Assembly (NCBI GenBank): GCA_019244185.1
Contig: JAFATB010000019.1
Location: 1 to 64,000 of the forward strand
Reading direction: 5' to 3'
Source of the DNA: Acidobacteriota bacterium
GTDB taxonomy: Bacteria; Acidobacteriota; Thermoanaerobaculia; Gp7-AA8
DNA length: 64,000 bases
The notes below the pieces were generated by a model. It searched no databases. It worked only from the letters and a program-made list of their open reading frames with translations, and was not told the origin of the DNA. Shown here one piece after another: positions 62,569-64,000 of the stretch (its first letter is position 1; every line of letters starts with the position of its first letter). The position numbers were made by a program, and so were the translations under genes.

Positions 62569-62718
62569 GACCGACCGGGAGCGCCTCCGGCGGGCCGGCG
62601 CGGCCGGCAGCGCTGAGGGCATAGCCAGACTGCACGTGCGGCTGCCCTGAACGTGTTTGTGCGCAGCAATCAGCGCTGCCGGCCGTGCCGGCCCGCCGGA
62701 GGCGCTCCTCGTCGGTCC
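62569..62718. repeat. Palindromic element copy D, right arm internally deleted
   Basis: GACCGACCGGGAGCGCCTCCGGCGGGCC...CACGTGCGGCTGC...GGCCCGCCGGAGGCGCTCCTCGTCGGTCC between convergent stops. Confidence 0.88.
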
Positions 62719-63177
62719 TTACCGCGGGTCGTAGTACCGCACTGCCAACACGCCTAGGCCCTTCTTGCCGTTTTCCGTCTTCGGGTCGTCGTTCACGACC
62801 ACCATCACGTTCGGCAGTACGTTGTCGTAGATGAGGATCGACGACGTAGCCATGCGCGGCTTGCCGCGCGTGTCGCGGAGGCGGTCGCGCGTCTCATTGA
62901 AGGCACTGCGGATTTGCGGCAGGAGGGTGAAGAGCTCGAAGCGGATCGAGGCAAGGCGGGCGTTGTGGAACTCCAGCGTGAGGGACTTATCGCCGCCGTA
63001 ATCGACGACCAGCTCGTTCGCGTTTGGGCCGGGCTTCAGCTCCCACGCGTGCATCGCGTCGGTGACTTGGGCGCGCGACATCCCGATGGCGAGATGGAAC
63101 GACTCGGGGCGCATCCACGAGGTCGGGCTGTTCGATGGGAACGCGGTGGCGAGCAGCAGCGCGAAGAAGATCGGCAT
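62719..63177 (-). CDS. Hypothetical exported protein
   Basis: Short signal-like N-terminus MPIFFALLLATA; follows eda by 9 nt; no recognised motif. Confidence 0.65.
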   Translation of the reverse strand: MPIFFALLLATAFPSNSPTSWMRPESFHLAIGMSRAQVTDAMHAWELKPGPNANELVVDYGGDKSLTLEFHNARLASIRFELFTLLPQIRSAFNETRDRLRDTRGKPRMATSSILIYDNVLPNVMVVVNDDPKTENGKKGLGVLAVRYYDPR

Positions 63178-63186
63178 GCGTCGGTG

Positions 63187-63861
63187 TCAGTGCACGTAGG
63201 GGCCGTCGGCCTGCACGAGCGCGCGGCGTCCCTGCACGACGGCGGTCGCGAGTCCGACGCGGCGGCCGATCTCTTCCCAGTTCTCGCTGCGCACGAGATC
63301 GGGCAGCGCGAGCGACGCGCCGAGGTTCACGGCGATGCAGCCGGCGTCGAGATACGTGTCGATGATGTCGAGCGGCACGAGGCCTCCGGCGAGCATCGGG
63401 ACGTCGCGGATCGGGCCGCGGATCGTGCGGATGTAATCGGGGCCGCCGAGGTGATTCGCGGGATAGACCTTCACGACATCGCAGCCCGCTTCCCAGGCGC
63501 GGATGATCTCGGTGGGCGTCGCGGCGCCGGCGATGCAGAGCAGATCGTTTTCGTTCGCGTACTCGATCACGCGCGGATCGGTATGCGGCGAGACGATGAT
63601 CTGTGCGCCGGCGCGCCGCGCGAGCGCCGCATCGTTCGTGCTGCGCACGGTGCCGGCGGCGATCGACAGCTGCGGATAGCGATTGGCGAGGACGGCGATG
63701 AGCTGGATGGCGTCGGGCGTCGTGAGCGTGACCTCGATGATGCCGATGCCGTTCATCGCGTACGCATCGGCCACCGATTCCGCGCTCTCGAGACTGTCTT
63801 CACGGACGACGCCGACGATCTGTTCGGTCTGTACGCGGTTGAGGAGAGTTTTGCGGGACAT
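63187..63861 (-). CDS. eda: KHG/KDPG aldolase family protein
   Basis: VGVVR, IEVTLTTP, AGTV, AGAQIIVSP, GAATPTE, VKVYPA, GGPDYI. Confidence 0.88.
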   Translation of the reverse strand: MSRKTLLNRVQTEQIVGVVREDSLESAESVADAYAMNGIGIIEVTLTTPDAIQLIAVLANRYPQLSIAAGTVRSTNDAALARRAGAQIIVSPHTDPRVIEYANENDLLCIAGAATPTEIIRAWEAGCDVVKVYPANHLGGPDYIRTIRGPIRDVPMLAGGLVPLDIIDTYLDAGCIAVNLGASLALPDLVRSENWEEIGRRVGLATAVVQGRRALVQADGPYVH

Positions 63862-64000
63862 GGGTTACGCCCCGAATTTTACACGCGTCAATGCAGCGCG
63901 GCGACGATCTCCGCGAATCCAGACACATCTCGCAGAGCATCCAGTCGGGGATCGACGTTGAGAAACACCATCCACGCCGAGCGATCGTCGAGCGCTTTCT

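Noticed and set aside
63880-64000. Possible gene start at the window end
   Set aside because: Too short, with no recognisable motif.

Overview
GC-rich bacterial chromosomal window, mostly housekeeping and envelope genes. An Acidobacteriota-like origin is inferred from gene content only (Oar-type TonB receptor, SH3-TonB fusion, BNR propeller) and was not verified. Recognisable genes: ECF sigma/anti-sigma operon, icd, nfo, argF, moaDE, polA, selB, an mccAB-like transsulfuration pair, plsY-gpsA, glyQS-ppdK, a full Rrf2-sufBCDSU-sufT operon, ddl, an MCE protein, maf, a Phd/RelE pair, galU and eda. I saw no rRNA, tRNA, transposase, integrase or CRISPR. The most notable items are: (1) a six-gene cluster of small membrane proteins at 48105-50682 (uncleavable zinc-ribbon pseudopilin, two CD225/IFITM-like dispanins, DUF2752, TM2-like, DUF4870-like), three of which share a YTPPP motif, next to a membrane-split alpha/beta hydrolase; (2) a ~320 nt multi-hairpin candidate ncRNA upstream of polA; (3) a dispersed ~150-175 bp palindromic element family with polar ends; (4) a nucleotidyltransferase pseudogene with its middle inverted; (5) a 21-bp tandem array bracketed by a diverged 50-bp duplication; (6) readable ECF, sigma54 and near-leaderless -10 promoter sets. 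All family names come from motif recognition by eye, not from database searches.
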